A stretch of 63,941 nt of DNA, filler included, from Methanobacteriota archaeon (GTDB taxonomy: Archaea; JACRDV01), in NCBI GenBank assembly GCA_024860865.1. It is 7 parts of 7 records of this genome, joined end to end, with 100 filler letters (N's around TTAATTAATTAA, not from the genome) between each part and the next. Parts side by side here need not be neighbours in the genome. Positions count along the whole stretch, not along the records: positions 61,748 to 63,941 come from JACRDV010000037.1; 6 more parts are not named here. One strand, 5' to 3'. Below the pieces are notes generated by a model, which was not told where the DNA came from, ran no database searches, and saw nothing but the letters and a program-made list of their open reading frames with translations. The translations under genes and the position numbers were made by a program. This document shows positions 62,035-63,941 of this stretch, piece by piece (position 1 is the first letter of the stretch; every line of letters starts with the position of its first letter).

Positions 62035-62715
62035 CTAACTCAATGCAGTTCTAACTATTGTTTTCAATATAACGTAACCATCTTTAAAGGATCGGAGTTT
62101 TGAGGCTCTCACGCTTTTGGTACATGTTATCGGAACCTCATGTAACTTAATGCCTTCTCTTATAGCTTCCACGGTCATCTCCGACTCTATCTCATAGCCT
62201 TTTGAATCTAAGTTAAAAAGTTGCAATGTTTCATTCTTCATCGCTCGAAAACCAGACATAATATCGGTCAAGTATCTACCCCTCAAAATAAAAGTTAGCA
62301 CATTAAAAAGTTTGTTGCCGATTATGTTTAATTTAGGTATAGCTCCTGATTCGATCTCTCCCATAAATCTAGAGCCGATAACCAATTCAGCTTTGTTTTC
62401 GAGGAGAGGCTGAAGCAACTTTGGTATCTCTTCTGGTTGATGTGAGCCATCAGCATCTATAGTTACTATAAATTTACCGCGCGCATTTTTGAATCCCTTC
62501 CTCAAAGAATGCCCCTTACCGAGATTTATCTGATTTTGGAGCAAAATAGTGCTGTTATTTTCTGAGTATGGTCGAATAATTTCAGAAGTCCCATCGTTAG
62601 ATCCATCATCGATTACAATTATTTCGAAAGAGTGGTTTAACTTCTGGAACACTCTGTGAGTGCGCTTGAGTATATCTCCAATGGCTTGTTTTTCGTTGTA
62701 AGCCGGAATAATCAC
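62035..62715 (-). CDS. GT2 glycosyltransferase (Dpm1-like); true start lies further upstream
   Basis: IPAYNE, DDGSNDGT, DADGSH, GSRF. Confidence 0.9.
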   Translation of the reverse strand: MIIPAYNEKQAIGDILKRTHRVFQKLNHSFEIIVIDDGSNDGTSEIIRPYSENNSTILLQNQINLGKGHSLRKGFKNARGKFIVTIDADGSHQPEEIPKLLQPLLENKAELVIGSRFMGEIESGAIPKLNIIGNKLFNVLTFILRGRYLTDIMSGFRAMKNETLQLFNLDSKGYEIESEMTVEAIREGIKLHEVPITCTKSVRASKLRSFKDGYVILKTIVRTALS

Positions 62716-63067
62716 GGAAATCGCTGGAGAGCCTTTTTCTCGAATAATGTTGGATTCAAGGAATATTTGAGCATAAAATCACAAATTGAATTTGCCGATT
62801 TCATATAGTTAGAATGATTAAGTTCAAGAGTAATAATACTTACTCAGTAACCTTATTAAAGGGTAACGAATACAATCGTAAAAATTAAATAATTATGATT
62901 TTAATAATGAAGAAAAACTGAATATAGGATTTTTATAAAAATCCCTGGTGGCTATCTTATAAAATTTCGAGTTAATTTTTTAAAATTTCTTAAAATCTTA
63001 ACAAATTTTATTACAAATGGTAAAAGAGGATATTGCAGAACACCCTTTTTGCTTTGTTAAGAAATAA

Positions 63068-63655
<588 letters not shown>

Positions 63656-63666
63656 GAGGTTTGGTT

Positions 63667-63941
63667 TTGGCAATTAAATTGGGAGCCGTGGTTTCAGAAT
63701 TCAATTTCGATATAACAACAGCAATGCTTGAGCGTGCGAGTGAGCATGCAAATTTTTTAGGCGCTGAAATAGCTGAAATTTTAAAAGTTCCTGGGGTTTT
63801 CGAAATTCCCTTGGGAGTTAAAAAATTGATAGAAAAGAAAGAGATAGACGCTGTGATAACTCTAGGAGCAGTAATTGAAGGAGAAACAGCTCACGATGAG
63901 GTGATAATGCAGCATGCAGCTCGAAAGATTATTGATTTGAG
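63667..63941 (+). CDS. ribH: 6,7-dimethyl-8-ribityllumazine synthase, 3' truncated
   Basis: Manual translation [29 protein letters not shown]. Confidence 0.92.
   Translation, partial: MAIKLGAVVSEFNFDITTAMLERASEHANFLGAEIAEILKVPGVFEIPLGVKKLIEKKEIDAVITLGAVIEGETAHDEVIMQHAARKIIDL

Overview
This window is AT-rich archaeal DNA made of seven contigs of what looks like a genome bin. They are joined by six artificial 100-nt N44-TTAATTAATTAA-N44 linkers, so gene order across linkers means nothing. Contigs 1-2 carry a sulfur and redox cluster: SQR-like flavoprotein, Trx/TrxR/PDO, YeeE-TusA-DsrEFH-like genes, dsrMK, dsrAB, haem synthesis genes and an hdrBC / hdrA-mvhD-hdrA locus. The main finding is four genes that the ORF track splits at an in-frame TGA lying exactly on a conserved Cys position (DsrE-like, HesB-like, HdrA, MvhD), which points to selenocysteine recoding. 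They come with three AUGA...GA hairpins resembling the eukaryotic/Lokiarchaeal SECIS: two near-identical 3' copies, and one 5'-leader copy that also has a methanococcal-like GAAA/AA loop. EF-1alpha, on another contig, lacks the TACK/Asgard/eukaryote insertion, so the host may not be Asgard if the bin is pure. Other features: inteins in ribosomal protein uS12 and RpoA'', a two-intron tRNA-Ala, a decayed island at tRNA-Ser with MNT-HEPN and AbiE modules plus an integrase remnant, probable ATA start codons in nusA and an aminotransferase, a Cys-less HemA, and a 55-aa histone missed by the ORF track.
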